Assembly: GCA_052055015.1 (NCBI GenBank)
Contig: JBQJIT010000037.1
Reading direction: 5' to 3' (one strand)
From: Malassezia furfur
Lineage: Eukaryota
Length of the DNA: 45,828 nucleotides
Shown: piece by piece, positions 1-11,313 of the stretch
Layout: every line of letters begins with the position of its first letter
Position numbering within the stretch: the first letter of the stretch is position 1
Made by a program: the position numbers and the translations under genes
The notes under the pieces: generated by a model
What the model was told of the DNA's origin: nothing
What the model saw: only the letters and a program-made list of their open reading frames with translations
Databases searched by the model: none

Positions 1-2
1 CG

Positions 3-1817
3 CCGAACCGCCTGCTGTACATCGAGTCGTTCCCCGGCAAGTCGCCGCAGCAGGCACGCTCGATGCTTGCCAACGACTCGCCTACCAAGCCGCTCCGTGC
101 CCGCACCACGGCGCCCCTGACCCCGCTCACGCACCGCGCGGGCCGTGGCGCGGCACACGAGAGTCCGCGCGCCCACACGCCGGGCACGGCGTCGGCGGCG
201 CGCCTCGACCTGGCGCGGCGCATCGCGCCGATGTACGACGCGTCGGCACCGATGCCCACCGCGTGGGACAAGATGGCGTTCCGCCGCACCGATACCATCC
301 GCCCCGCGGACCTCTTCCACCCCGCGGCGCCGTCGGCGTGGATGCTTGCGCCCGACGCCTCGCCCGCGGACTCGGACGAAGAGGCACCCACCAGCAGTGC
401 GGCGTTACACGATAGCGACGACAAGGCACACGCGGGGCGTACGCGCGCACCGCGGCGGCCGGCGCCACTGCAGCGCTCCGCGTCGGCCGTCGCGCCCATG
501 GCGCCGATGCACGGCGACGACGTGTTTGCGCACGCCGCGCCGCCCGGCGACGCGCCGCCCACGGCCACGGCGCTGCACGACGTGTTTGCCGAGCCGCTCA
601 CCTCGACGGACGCGCACCGCACCGAGTGGGACCGCCCGGATGGGAGCCGTGTGGTGAAGCTCGTCTCGGAGGAGCTGCAGGCGGCGATCGACTCGGGCAC
701 GCTGCAGACCGAGCCCAAGCCGCGCTTCTTCCGCCTGCCGCCGGGGCACGGAAGCAGCAAGGCGAAGCCTGCGTCGGTGTCGTACGCGGGCCTCATTGGG
801 CAGGCGATCCTCTCCTCGTCGGACGGGCGGCTGAGCCTCGCCGAGATCTACCAGTGGATCAGCAGCATGTACCCCTACTACGAGCGTGGCGACCGCGGCT
901 GGCAGAACAGCATCCGGCACAACCTGTCGCTCAACAAGAGCTTTGTCAAGCTCGAGCGCGAGTCGAGCATCCCGGGCAAGGGCGGCTGGTGGGCCATCCT
1001 CCCGGGCCACGAGTCGCGCTTCCAGAACGGCATGTATCAGCCGAACGCGGCGCGCACAGATGCCGCGGCCGCACAGCCCGCGGCACGCACACTCAAGACG
1101 TCGCATTCGGCGCCCACGCACGTACTGCGCTCGCCGATGCGCGAAGGCGGCAAGAAGCGGCACGGCGCGCAGCAGGCTTCGCCCGAGCCGAGCGACGAGT
1201 CCATGTCGGACGTGTCGTTCAAGCGGCCCAGAACGGCGCGCACGGCGCGCGCCAACATGCACACGCCCATGCGCCTCGACGCCCCGCAAAACTCCTCGAG
1301 CGGCACCGGGCATGCCCACCTGCCCGGGCTCACCGACGCCACGTCCTCGCCCGCGACAAGCCCGCTGCAGAGTTTGTCGCACGACTCACACACACACGTG
1401 CCCTCCGTTCCGCGGGCATGGCACACCGAGCTCGGGTCGTATGCGCCCGGCACGGCGGACCGCTCGCCGCACAAGTCGACGGCTGTGGCACCGCCGCCGA
1501 ACGCCGCCGCCTATGCCCGCTCTGTGCCTGACATGCCCGAGTTTCCTACCAACCCTTTGTATTTCCATTCCGAGCCGCCGCGCGCCTTCCCGCCCTCGTT
1601 TTCCCCTTCGCGGCGTGCACCCATGCACATGATGCCCATGTCCCAGGCCCCGATGCCGGGCATGCACACCTATCCGCACACGGCCTATGTCGCCTGTACG
1701 TATCCACCGGCGCCGGACGCCGCCTTCTTGCCATGGCCCGAAAGCCACGGCGGGGACGCGGGCCTCCATCAAGGCGCCGCAAGCCCCTCGCGTCTCGGCT
1801 GGCCACATGCGCCCTAA
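3..1817 (+). CDS. Forkhead (winged-helix) transcription factor, probably 5'-truncated by the window edge
   Basis: Forkhead domain KPASVSYAGLIGQAILSS...LSLAEIYQWI...GWQNSIRHNLSLNKSFVK...GKGGWW. The frame is open from nt 3 to the ATG at 63, so the true start may lie upstream. Confidence 0.9.
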   Translation, partial: PNRLLYIESFPGKSPQQARSMLANDSPTKPLRARTTAPLTPLTHRAGRGAAHESPRAHTPGTASAARLDLARRIAPMYDASAPMPTAWDKMAFRRTDTIRPADLFHPAAPSAWMLAPDASPADSDEEAPTSSAALHDSDDKAHAGRTRAPRRPAPLQRSASAVAPMAPMHGDDVFAHAAPPGDAPPTATALHDVFAEPLTSTDAHRTEWDRPDGSRVVKLVSEELQAAIDSGTLQTEPKPRFFRLPPGHGSSKAKPASVSYAGLIGQAILSSSDGRLSLAEIYQWISSMYPYYERGDRGWQNSIRHNLSLNKSFVKLERESSIPGKGGWWAILPGHESRFQNGMYQPNAARTDAAAAQPAARTLKTSHSAPTHVLRSPMREGGKKRHGAQQASPEPSDESMSDVSFKRPRTARTARANMHTPMRLDAPQNSSSGTGHAHLPGLTDATSSPATSPLQSLSHDSHTHVPSVPRAWHTELGSYAPGTADRSPHKSTAVAPPPNAAAYARSVPDMPEFPTNPLYFHSEPPRAFPPSFSPSRRAPMHMMPMSQAPMPGMHTYPHTAYVACTYPPAPDAAFLPWPESHGGDAGLHQGAASPSRLGWPHAP

Positions 1818-1950
1818 TTCGTCGCCGGCGCGCTCTCGTTGTTTGTTTCGATAGTGCCCCTGTACTTTACTGGCCCGTGCATATCTGCCACAGTCCGAGC
1901 GCACGCGCCACGTGCGACGATAAGCCGTCCAAGGCCGTGCTTCATACACC

Positions 1951-3306
1951 ATGTCCTCCGACCTCGCAGCCTACGGCAAAGCGCACGTCTCGACCGGTAT
2001 CGGCCGCCAGACCGACTTTGTGTTCGAGGAGGGACACGGCAGCTATGTCACGACCGCGGACGGGACGCGGCTGCTCGATCTATCCTCGTACGTCCCCTGC
2101 TCACCTCCAGTGGTATCGGCGTCGTCAACGTCGGCCATTGCCACCCGACCGTGACCAAGGCAGCCCAAGAGCAGTGCGCCAAGATCACGCATGCCCAGGT
2201 GAACATTGCTTTTAGTGGGCCGCAACTCCGCCTGCTGCAGGACCTTGAGGGAATCATGCCCTCCAAGGAACTTGACACCTTTTTCCTCGCCAACTCGGGT
2301 TCCGAGGCAATCGAGGGCGCCGTGCGCATCGCGCGGCAGTCGACCAAGCGCCAAAATATCATTGTCGTGCAGGGTACGTGCTCGCACACAGCTCACGCCA
2401 CCAGGCTCCTACCACGGACGCACCGCCGGTGCCGCGTCGATGACGCGCTCCAAGACGGCGTACAGCGCCGGCGTGGGGCCGCTGATGCCGTGCGTGTACA
2501 CCTCGCCCTTCCCGTACTACGCTCAGTTGCTCCTCAAGCCGGACGCATCAGAGGACGAGATGGTCGACTACTGCCTCAAGCGCCTGCGCATGCTTCTCGA
2601 CCAGGAGACGGCGCCACGCGATACGGCTGCCATCTTCCTCGAGCCGGTGCTGGGCGAGGGCGGCTACGTCCCCGCGCCGCCTGCGTTCATCCGTGGCATC
2701 CGTGACATCTGTGATGAGCATGGAATTGTGTTTGTCGCCGACGAGATCCAGAGCGGGTTCGGGCGCACCGGCAAGATGTTTGCGATGGAGTACTCGGGCG
2801 TCGTTCCGGACCTGATGACCATCGCTAAGGGCATTGCCAACGGCTTCCCGCTCAGTGCAGTCGTCGGCAAGAAAAAGTTTATGGACGCCATGCCGCCCGC
2901 GTCGCTCGGCGGTACCTACACGGGCAACGCTGTGGCATGTGCGGCGGCTCAGGCCGTCCTTCGCGTGTTCCGCGAAGAAAAGGTGCTTGACAATGTCGCA
3001 GCGCGCAGCAAGCAGCTCTTCGATGGGCTTGCTGCCATCAGTCAAAAGCTTCACGGCAAGCTCATTGAGGATGTGCGTGGACAAGGCCTGATGGTCGCGA
3101 TCCAGTTCGTATCCCCAACAAAGGAGCAGGTGCGTGGGCGCGTCGTCAAGGGATGCACTGAGCGCAACATGATTCTGCTCTCGACGAGCATCTTTGACGT
3201 GGTGCGCATCATTCCTCCGCTCACCATCTCCGAGCAGGAGATGGCCGATGCGATCCGCATCCTCGACGAGAGCATCGCAGATGCAGCGAAACAGCTCGCA
3301 GCCTAG
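1951..3306 (+). CDS. PLP-dependent class III aminotransferase (4-aminobutyrate/acetylornithine aminotransferase-like)
   Basis: Removing introns 2088-2110 (23 nt) and 2374-2404 (31 nt) gives LDLSSGIGVVNVGHCHP...QGSYHGRT...EPVLGEGG...ADEIQSGFGRTG...DLMTIAKG, all class III signatures. Substrate cannot be determined from sequence. Confidence 0.9.
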
Positions 3307-3508
3307 CGCTTCCGTAGCCCGGACCCCTCCGCTCCCCACACACACTCGTGCGTTCCCTGGCCCGATGCACGCCCGATACAGGGCCGGCGTGCATGACAGG
3401 GCGATGGTGGATTGGCTGTGTAAACTCTACCACTAAAATGCCACGAGTGGAGCGCGTGTCCTTACGCTCTTCTGCCGTCTCTATCTTTGTGCCCGCTGAC
3501 CCCGCGCC

Positions 3509-4343
3509 ATGGTGGGTTTGTGGCAGGTGCCGTTGCTTTTCCTCGCTGCACTGGCAGCCAGTGTGAGCTCCAAGGATCTCGCTAGCTCACGGGCGGCACC
3601 CGCAGCAGGTGTCTTGCAACAGGTACCGCGTGCCGGTACGTCTCGCATCTTCTCACCCAGCACCGTCGGCTTCCGAGTCTCTTTCCCAGAAGTCACACCC
3701 GACGCACACGCTGGAGCGACGCGTAACACGATCCGCGGAGCTGTCTACCATGTCGCCTGTGGGCGTCTACATTCCTGAAGTGTACGGCGTCAGGAACCCG
3801 GGCAACCGAGACGACACTTCGTTGTACTACTACGGCAGCGGCTTTCGCCCCGAGACGTCCGTCTTTCTGCTTGTGACCGGCTCTCCTGGTGTGGGTGATG
3901 GGCCACAGACCACATACCTGTACGAGGGGCCATCCGAAGCCTATCTTGCCAATGTGCTCCGCACTGCCGACCTCCATGATGGCAACGGAACGATCACGGG
4001 TCGCTTCAACGTTGACTGCTTGTACCCGAAAGGGTTTGGTAGCGGAGGATGGTGCAAGCTTGGGCGGATGACCACACAGGGCACGACGATGGTCTCCACC
4101 TACAACTCGACGATGCGCCCGCAGAGCACCATGACACCTGTACTGGGCCTGGTGGACAAGATGCGGCAATCGACCGCTACTGGCATCCGTAACGTGGATT
4201 TCCCCAAGACCCAGAGCGATGCGCGGGATGGGGTACAGAATGCGGCGCAGCGCGTGGCGCCGCTTGCGATCGCCACAAGCCCGGTGCTTGCGGCCTTGTG
4301 GACTGCCCCGCTGGCGCTGCTCGTGGCGATGCTTTGTTTGTAA
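3509..4343 (+). CDS. Putative secreted, probably GPI-anchored cell-surface protein of unknown function
   Basis: Signal-peptide-like N-terminus MVGLWQVPLLFLAALAASVSS. Intron 3636-3660 (25 nt, GTACGT..CTCAC..CAG) joins it to the 3609-4343 frame. The C-terminal tail is hydrophobic (LAALWTAPLALLVAMLCL). Confidence 0.65.
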
Positions 4344-4400
4344 ACTGAATATACCAGCCACACTAGGGGCGAGGAGATAGGTAGAAACTGAATTGGATTT

Positions 4401-7400
4401 CTATGCGGCAATCTCACACATAAGGTCACCTTGCACCAGCGAATCGTTCTCGGCGGCGGTCACCCGCTTGATCTTGCCCGCGATCGGCGCCGAGACGACC
4501 GTCTCCATCTTCATGGCGCTCATGACAAACAGCGGGTCGCCCTTGCTCACCGACTCGCCCTCCTTGGCGCGCACTTCCACCACGACGCCTGCGAGGGGCG
4601 AGCCCACGCTGCCAGGCTCGCTGCTCGCCTTCTCGCGCGCGACCGTCTTGACGTCGGCGCTCTTGTCCTTGACCTCCACGGTGCGCGGCTCGCCGTTCAG
4701 CTCAAAGAACACTTCACGGATACCAGTCTCTTCGTTGAGCGGTCCGACGGCCAGCAGCTTGATGATGAGCATCTTGCCGTTCTGCAGCGTGACGTGCATT
4801 TCCTTGTTGAATTGCGGCTTGCCCAGGAAGTCGCGCGTTGCCACGCGGCTCAGGTCGCCATACTCGTCGACAAACTGCTGGAACTCCTCAAAGACCTTGG
4901 GATACATGGCCCAGCTCACCGCGTCGCACTCCGACATGGGCCGCTTGAACTTCTGCTCGAGGTCCTTGCGGATCTTGGCGAAGTCGAATGGCTCGAGCTG
5001 AGCGCCACGGCGGCCGTCGATGCGCTCCTTTTTGCGGATGATCTTGCTGCGCAGCGGCTCGGGGAATCCGCCCGGCGGCGTACCAAGGTAGCCCTGGAAG
5101 TACTCCACGACAGACACGGGGAAGTCGAGGTCCTCGACACGCTCCTTGACGTCCTTGGCGCTCAGCTTGTTGGCCACCATGAACTGTGCCAAGTCGCCAA
5201 CAACCTTGGACGAAGGCGTGACCTTGACAATGTCGCCGCACAAGTGGTTCGCCTCGATGTACGCATTCTTGATATCGTTCCACTGCGAGCCAAGCCCGAG
5301 CTGCTGCGACTGGAACATAAGGTTGGTGTACTGTCCACCGGGCATCTCGTGGTCAAACACAGACGAGTCCGATGACTTGACGTTCGCCTCGAAGCACTGG
5401 TACAGCGTGCGCACCTGGGCCCAGTACAGGTTCAGGTTCATGATGGACTCGTGCGAGATGCCCGTGCCCAGCCCGGTCTGCTCCAGCGAGCTGACGATCG
5501 CACCCATCGACGGCTGAGAGGTGAGGCCCGACATGGAGTCGATCGCACAGTCGACCACGTCCGCGCCGGCTTCGGCGCAGGCAAGCATGCTTGCGACGGC
5601 GATGCCGGCGGTGTCGTGCGAGTGCACGTGGATCGGCAAGTCGGGGTATTTCTTGCGAATTGTGCCGACGAGCAGGCGCGCTGCCTGCGGCTTGAGCAGG
5701 CCGGCCATGTCCTTGATGCCGAGGATGTGCAGGTCACCGGTGCCCACCAGCTTGTCGACCAACTCCATGTAGTAGTCGAGCGTGTACTTGGGGTGCCTCT
5801 TGGGGTTTGCGACATCGCCCGTGTAGCACACGGTGCCTTCGACGACACCACCGGCCACCTTGGCGGCGTTCATGCCGAGCTGTAGCGACTCAAAGTTGTT
5901 CAGCGAGTCAAACACGCGGAAAATGTCTAGGCCGTTCTCGACGGCGCGCTTGCTGAACTCGTAGATGGCGTTGTCGGGGTACGACGTGTAGCCCACGGCG
6001 TTTGCACCGCGGATCAGCGCCTGGAAGGGGATGTTCGGCACGTACTTGCGCAGCGTACGCAGACGGTCCCACGGGTCCTCGTGCAGGAAGCGCATCGCCA
6101 CATCAAACGTCGCACCGCCCCAGCACTCGAGACTGAACGCATTCTTCAGGGCATGGCTCGTCTCTTTGGCAATGTTCACCATGTCAACCGTGCGCAAACG
6201 CGTCGCAAACAGGCTCTGGTGCGCATCACGCCACGTCGTGTCCATGATGAGTGTGCCCTTGTAGGCACGCACCGCCTTGGCGAATGCCTCGGGGCCCTCC
6301 TTGACAATGATGTTGCGCCAGCCTTCTTGCGCAGGCACACTGGTGTCGATCGGGTGGCCGGCATCGTCAAAGATGGTTGGCACCGGAATCTCTTCGTGGA
6401 GCCCCGGTTCACCGACCTGGCCCGCAATGGAGCTGCCGTTGATTAGCAGGTCACCGAGGTACGCCAGCACTTTCTGCGCGCGATTCTGCGAGTGGATCAG
6501 GTCGAACAGCTCGGGGGTGTCGTCAATCATTGTCGTCCAGGTGCGCGCCTCGACAAAGTAGGGGTGCGTCAGCAGGTTGATCAGGTAGGGAATGTTGGTC
6601 TTCACGCCGCGAATGCGGAACTCAATGAGCGCACGGATCATGCGGCGGCGCGCCAGCTCGTACGTCGCGCCACGGCACGTCACCTTGACCAGGAGCGAGT
6701 CGTAGTGCGGCGTGATCTGCGAACCGACAAATGCCGAGCCGGCATCCAGACGTACGCCCGTGCCACCTGCGGCGCGGTACACATCGATGCGGCCCGTGTC
6801 CGGCTGGAAGTTGGCCTCGGGGTCCTCGGTGGTGATGCGGCATTGGATGGCGGTGCCGCGCGGCACAATCGTATCCTGCGACAAGCCGAGGTCCTGAAGC
6901 GTGCGCCCGGCCGCAATCAGGATCTGCGACGCGACAATGTCCACGCCCGTGATCTCCTCGGTGATGGTGTGCTCCACTTGCAGACGGGGGTTAATCTCAA
7001 TGAAGTAGTGGCGGTTTTGCTGGTCCACCAAGAACTCGGCAGTACCAGCGTTGCGATAGTTGGCCGTCTCGGCGAGGCGCACCGCATCGGCCAAAATGGC
7101 CTGCCGCACGTCGTCGGGAAGGTTGCTTGCCGGTGCAATCTCCACCACTTTCTGGTGACGGCGCTGGACCGAGCAGTCTCGCTCGAACAAATTGATGCAG
7201 TGGTTGTCTCCGTCCGCAAGGAGCTGCACCTCAATGTGACGGGGGTGGTCCAGGAACCGCTCGATAAACACGGTCGGGTCGCCAAACGCCGAACGCGCCT
7301 CGGACACGGCACGCTCGAACGACTCGCGGAAGTCCTCCATGCTACGCACAACACGCATGCCGCGACCACCACCACCCATGGCGGCTTTGATGATCACGGG

Positions 7401-8009
7401 GAAGCCCACTTCCTTGATGAATGGCTCAGCGGCATCGTAGCTCGCAATCGGGCCGGGCGTGCCAGGCACAATAGGAACCTGCGCATCACGCGCCAGGTCG
7501 CGCGCCTTGGTCTTGTCGCCCAACGAGTCAATCGTCTCGGGGCGCGGGCCCACAAACGCAATGCCGGCCTGTTCGACCTTGCGCGCAAACTCGGGGTTCT
7601 CCGAGAGGAACCCGTAGCCGGGATGGATCATATCCACCTTGTTTTCCTTCGCAATACGCACAATGTCGTCCATGGCCAGATACGCAGCCACTGGCGACAT
7701 ACCCTTGCCGACCTGGAACGCGTAGTCGGCCTTGTACCGGTGGGCCGACATGCGGTCCTCATGGCTGTAGATTGCGACCGTCTCCAGGCCCAGTTCGTGT
7801 GCCGTACGGAAGATGCGAATGGCAATTTCCTAGGGGTGAGTATGCACTGCAATGCTCGTACGTACACCACGGTTGGCGACCATCAGGCGGCGCAGAGGCA
7901 CGCCGGACCGACTGCGGAGACCATCCCGCACGGACTCCAAAGTACGGAAGTCAAAGTCGGCAGTCGCCGCACTTTCACCCAAACTTTGTTCCGGTTGACT
8001 GTTTGCCAT
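4401..8009 (-). CDS. PYC1: Pyruvate carboxylase
   Basis: ATG at 8009; removing intron 7830-7865 (36 nt) restores VANRG|EIAIR. Biotin carboxylase motifs (HPGYGFLSEN, GGGGRGMR, RDCSVQRRHQK), carboxyltransferase motifs (RDAHQS, HVHSHD) and the biotinyl motif AMKM are present. Confidence 0.98.
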
Positions 8010-8696
8010 CTTCGAGGACGGGAAACCTATACAGACCAGAAAATAAAGGTCCTGGTCTTGCTTGCCAAGAGGGGGAGGACAAGCTATCGGGCTTGCCGCG
8101 ATAAATGTCGTAAGGTCCCCTGGGTCGCCGATTCCTCTGGCTCGTACACTGGGCCCAAGTGATTGGCGCGATTTCACCAGCACTGCAGCACCGCGGACCA
8201 GCGTGCAGCTAGTTTCCAAAAAATCTCCACATATTGCCGAGTTGACACGGTGCCTCGCTGGGCCGCGCGTAAACTTGGTACGTGCACGGGCACGGCCCGA
8301 GTGCGATTCGGGCGCGCCAGCACTGGTCGAACTTGCGCGACCACGAACATCAGCGCAAACTACAACACCACAAAGTGTTCATACTTGCTCAAATGCCATA
8401 TAAACCATCAATATTCCGGCATAATACAAACAGTGATACTAAATACAAAGCGTGATCAGAGCGTCGGGCAGTCACTAAAAGTAACTGCACCTATACCCTG
8501 TTGGCAACAGCCATCACAAAGAGAAAAATTGCTGAATCGTATAAAACGAGTCAGACGATGTGGTTCGTTTTGTTTGCGATAAGCAAAAGTCTACGTCTCG
8601 GTAGGTACCTCAGTGACCGTAGAGCCTGTCCATGCAGAAAGATGAGGATCCACCATGATGCACGCGCGCTCTATATACGTTTTGCACAAAATTCGC

Positions 8697-8765
8697 CACG
8701 TGGTACGGCATTTGGCCGTTGTATCACGTGGTGAAGCGACGCCAAACTATTCAGTCTTGCACGTG
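8697..8765. promoter_or_regulatory. Three CACGTG (E-box/G-box) elements upstream of RPS18
   Basis: CACGTG at 8697-8702, 8725-8730 and 8760-8765, lying 73-141 nt upstream of the RPS18 ATG. Confidence 0.55.
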
Positions 8766-8837
8766 ATCTATTCGCTGCAGCGCAGGAGGCAGGATTCCCA
8801 TACGGCTCCGCCGCTTGTCTAGTTCACCACCGTCACC

Positions 8838-9619
8838 ATGTCTCTCGTGCCGCCTGACCCTTCGCAGCAGTTTGCTCACATTCTTCGGTACGTACCGACC
8901 CGCGCCGGGATGCCTTGAACGTGTGCTAACCATTTAGTCTGCTCAACACCAACGTTGACGGCAAGCGCAAGATCATGTACGCCCTGACCGAGATCAAGGG
9001 TGTGGGTCGCCGCTACTCGAACATCGTCTGCAAGAAGGCCGATGTCGACCTGCAGAAGCGGTATGTATTAACAAAAGTCTTGCGAAGAAGGGAGGGAATA
9101 CAACGGCTTTGCATTACGGCTTTTCGTGATTTTCTTTACGAGACAATATCCGTCGAAAATATGGCAGTACGCCTTGGAACGACTGTGAAACCATCTTGGT
9201 TGTGGTGCAAACGAAGTCGGTACTAATGTGCTTGACATCCACGCTTTGTTTCACATCGTCCCCGCATACCCGTTGTCATTCCCTTCCTTGGAGCAGACTT
9301 GTGAAAGGACTATTACTAACCTTTCAGTGCTGGTGAGCTGAACTCGGATGAGCTTGAGCGCATCGTCAACATCCTCCAGTCGCCCGCCGAGTTCAAGATC
9401 CCCAACTGGTTCCTTAACCGGCAGAAGGACTTCACCACCGGTAAGGACACTCAGCTGCTCTCGAACGCTGTGGAGGCCAAGCTGCGTGACGACCTCGAGC
9501 GCATGAAGAAGATGCGCATCCACCGTGGTCTGCGTCACTACTGGAACCTCCGTGCCCGTGGTCAGCACACCCGTACGACGGGTCGCCGCGGTCGCACTGT
9601 GGCCAACAAGAAGAAGTAA
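8838..9619 (+). CDS. RPS18: 40S ribosomal protein S18 (uS13)
   Basis: Exons 8838-8887, 8938-9060 and 9328-9619 (introns of 50 and 267 nt) give [34 protein letters not shown]...[15 protein letters not shown]...[24 protein letters not shown]. Confidence 0.97.
9061..9327 (+). other. 267-nt RPS18 intron 2 with long-range terminal stem
   Basis: GTATGT...TACTAAC..CAG boundaries; 9075-9106 is complementary to 9270-9300. Confidence 0.8.
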
Positions 9620-10125
9620 ACGACTGTCGCTATTACAAAAGCCATGCATTTGCCGCTCATCGGCCCACAGAGACTCTTATACCGTGTGTGGGTGCGGCAA
9701 GGGAATATTGCTCGTCCAGTGGCATGTGCAAAAAAATCAAAAGGCAGTGGTCCTTTTTCTCATTGTACTTGGACACCCTTTTGCCATTCCGAGTAGTGTG
9801 CGGTGTATAGCCTGCCCATTACTATTGACGGGTGAAATGTATCCGATTTTCCTGGATGTCTTCAGGTTCGATAAGATCAGATTTGCAGCGCAGCCACACT
9901 ATTTGCTCACCGCTTGAAAAGGAGGCGGAAAAATGGGAACTGTGCACCAATAGGCTTAGTCAACCCTGCAGCTGGAGTTAAGGTCGGAGCTTGGACGTCC
10001 GTTGTTTTTCGGATCTTCTGGGCGCTTGCACTTAGCTCGCACGACCAACGGGGCTTTCTCTTCATTGTAGAAACTCCGAACTTCCAACCCACCACTCTCC
10101 GGTTTCATTCATATTACTCTAAATC

Positions 10126-11181
10126 ATGACGATCGAAGTGCAGGCTCCGCCACCGTCGCCATCGGCGCCCGCGGCACCGCTGTCTGCTATCATTGACTCT
10201 GAGATTGAGATTGAATACGAAGGTCTTGGTGGTAACTACCCGCTGCATATCAATATGATTGCCGGATCGCTGGCGGGTATTACCGAACATGCTGTAATGT
10301 TCCCTGTGGATCTTGTTCGCGTACGTATACGCATAATCTGACTTTCGCAGACTCGTATGCAGGTCCTGACAGCGTCGCCCGCCGCGACGTACAGTGGCAT
10401 GACCGAGGCACTCACCCGGATCAGCTCTGTGGAAGGCTTCAAGGGTCTTTGGAAGGGTATTGCTTCGGTTATTCTCGGCGCCGGCCCTGCGCACGCGCTC
10501 TACTTTGGCACCTACGAGCTTGTCAAAGACCACACGGGTGGCAATCGAGAGGGATTGCAGCTGCTGAGCACGGGTGGGGCTGGTGCAGCCGCCACCATCG
10601 TGTCTGACGCATTCATGAACCCTTTTGATGGTGCGTCGCTCATTGCTTACCACAGTGATTAAGCAACGCATGCAACTGGAGGGCAATCCCTACACGTCGG
10701 TGATGAACTGCGCGCGTGATCTGTACAAGACCGAGGGGCTCCGTGCATTCTACGTCTCATACCCCACGACGCTGACTATGACCGTGCCTTTCACTGCGAT
10801 CCAATTCGCAACGTACGAATGGGCCAAGAAACTTTTCAACCCGACTGACTCCTACTCCCCTATGACGCACGTGGTTGCTGGTGGCTTTGCCGGCGCCACG
10901 GCGGCCGCGCTCACAACTCCTCTTGATGTGGCCAAGACCCTGCTGCAGACGCGTGGCTGCTCGCCGGATCCTGTGATCCGGAATACCACGAGCATGATGC
11001 AGGCGTTTAGGATCATCCAGCAGCGTGAGGGATACCGTGGCTTCATGCGCGGATTGACGCCGCGTATCTTTACCCACATGCCGTCGAATGCACTGTGCTG
11101 GCTGGTATGTTATACACGACTTACACCTAGTCCTACGAGAGCTTCCGCTTCATGCTGCGTGAGCAGAACTACATCGCTTGA
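10126..11181 (+). CDS. MRS3: Mitochondrial carrier, mitoferrin (Mrs3/Mrs4) type iron transporter
   Basis: Introns 10321-10350, 10631-10655 and 11105-11130. Motifs EIEYEGL...AGSLAGITEHAVMFPVD..TRMQ, GAGPAHALYF, MNPFDVIKQRMQ, AFYVSYPTTL, TTPLDVAKT. Confidence 0.9.
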
Positions 11182-11313
11182 AAGCGCGATGTTTTTTGTT
11201 TTAAAAAGGTTATATCCCATCATGTTTCCAAATAGGTTGTAGGTGTATCGCTTGTTCGATGTTATCGTTATATACAGAGCCACAAAGCTCGATGAACCCC
11301 AGATCGAGCGGGC

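Noticed and set aside
1951..3306. Bacterial GabT-like appearance of the aminotransferase, suggesting recent horizontal transfer
   Set aside because: It has two native-type introns and typical codon usage, and similar enzymes occur in fungi. HGT cannot be argued without a phylogeny.
8390..8590. AT-richer stretch as a possible centromere core
   Set aside because: It is short and only moderately AT-rich, and it is not a pronounced GC trough.
9864..9876. GGTTCGA T-loop/B-box-like motif suggesting a tRNA
   Set aside because: No T-stem, acceptor stem or A-box can be formed around it.
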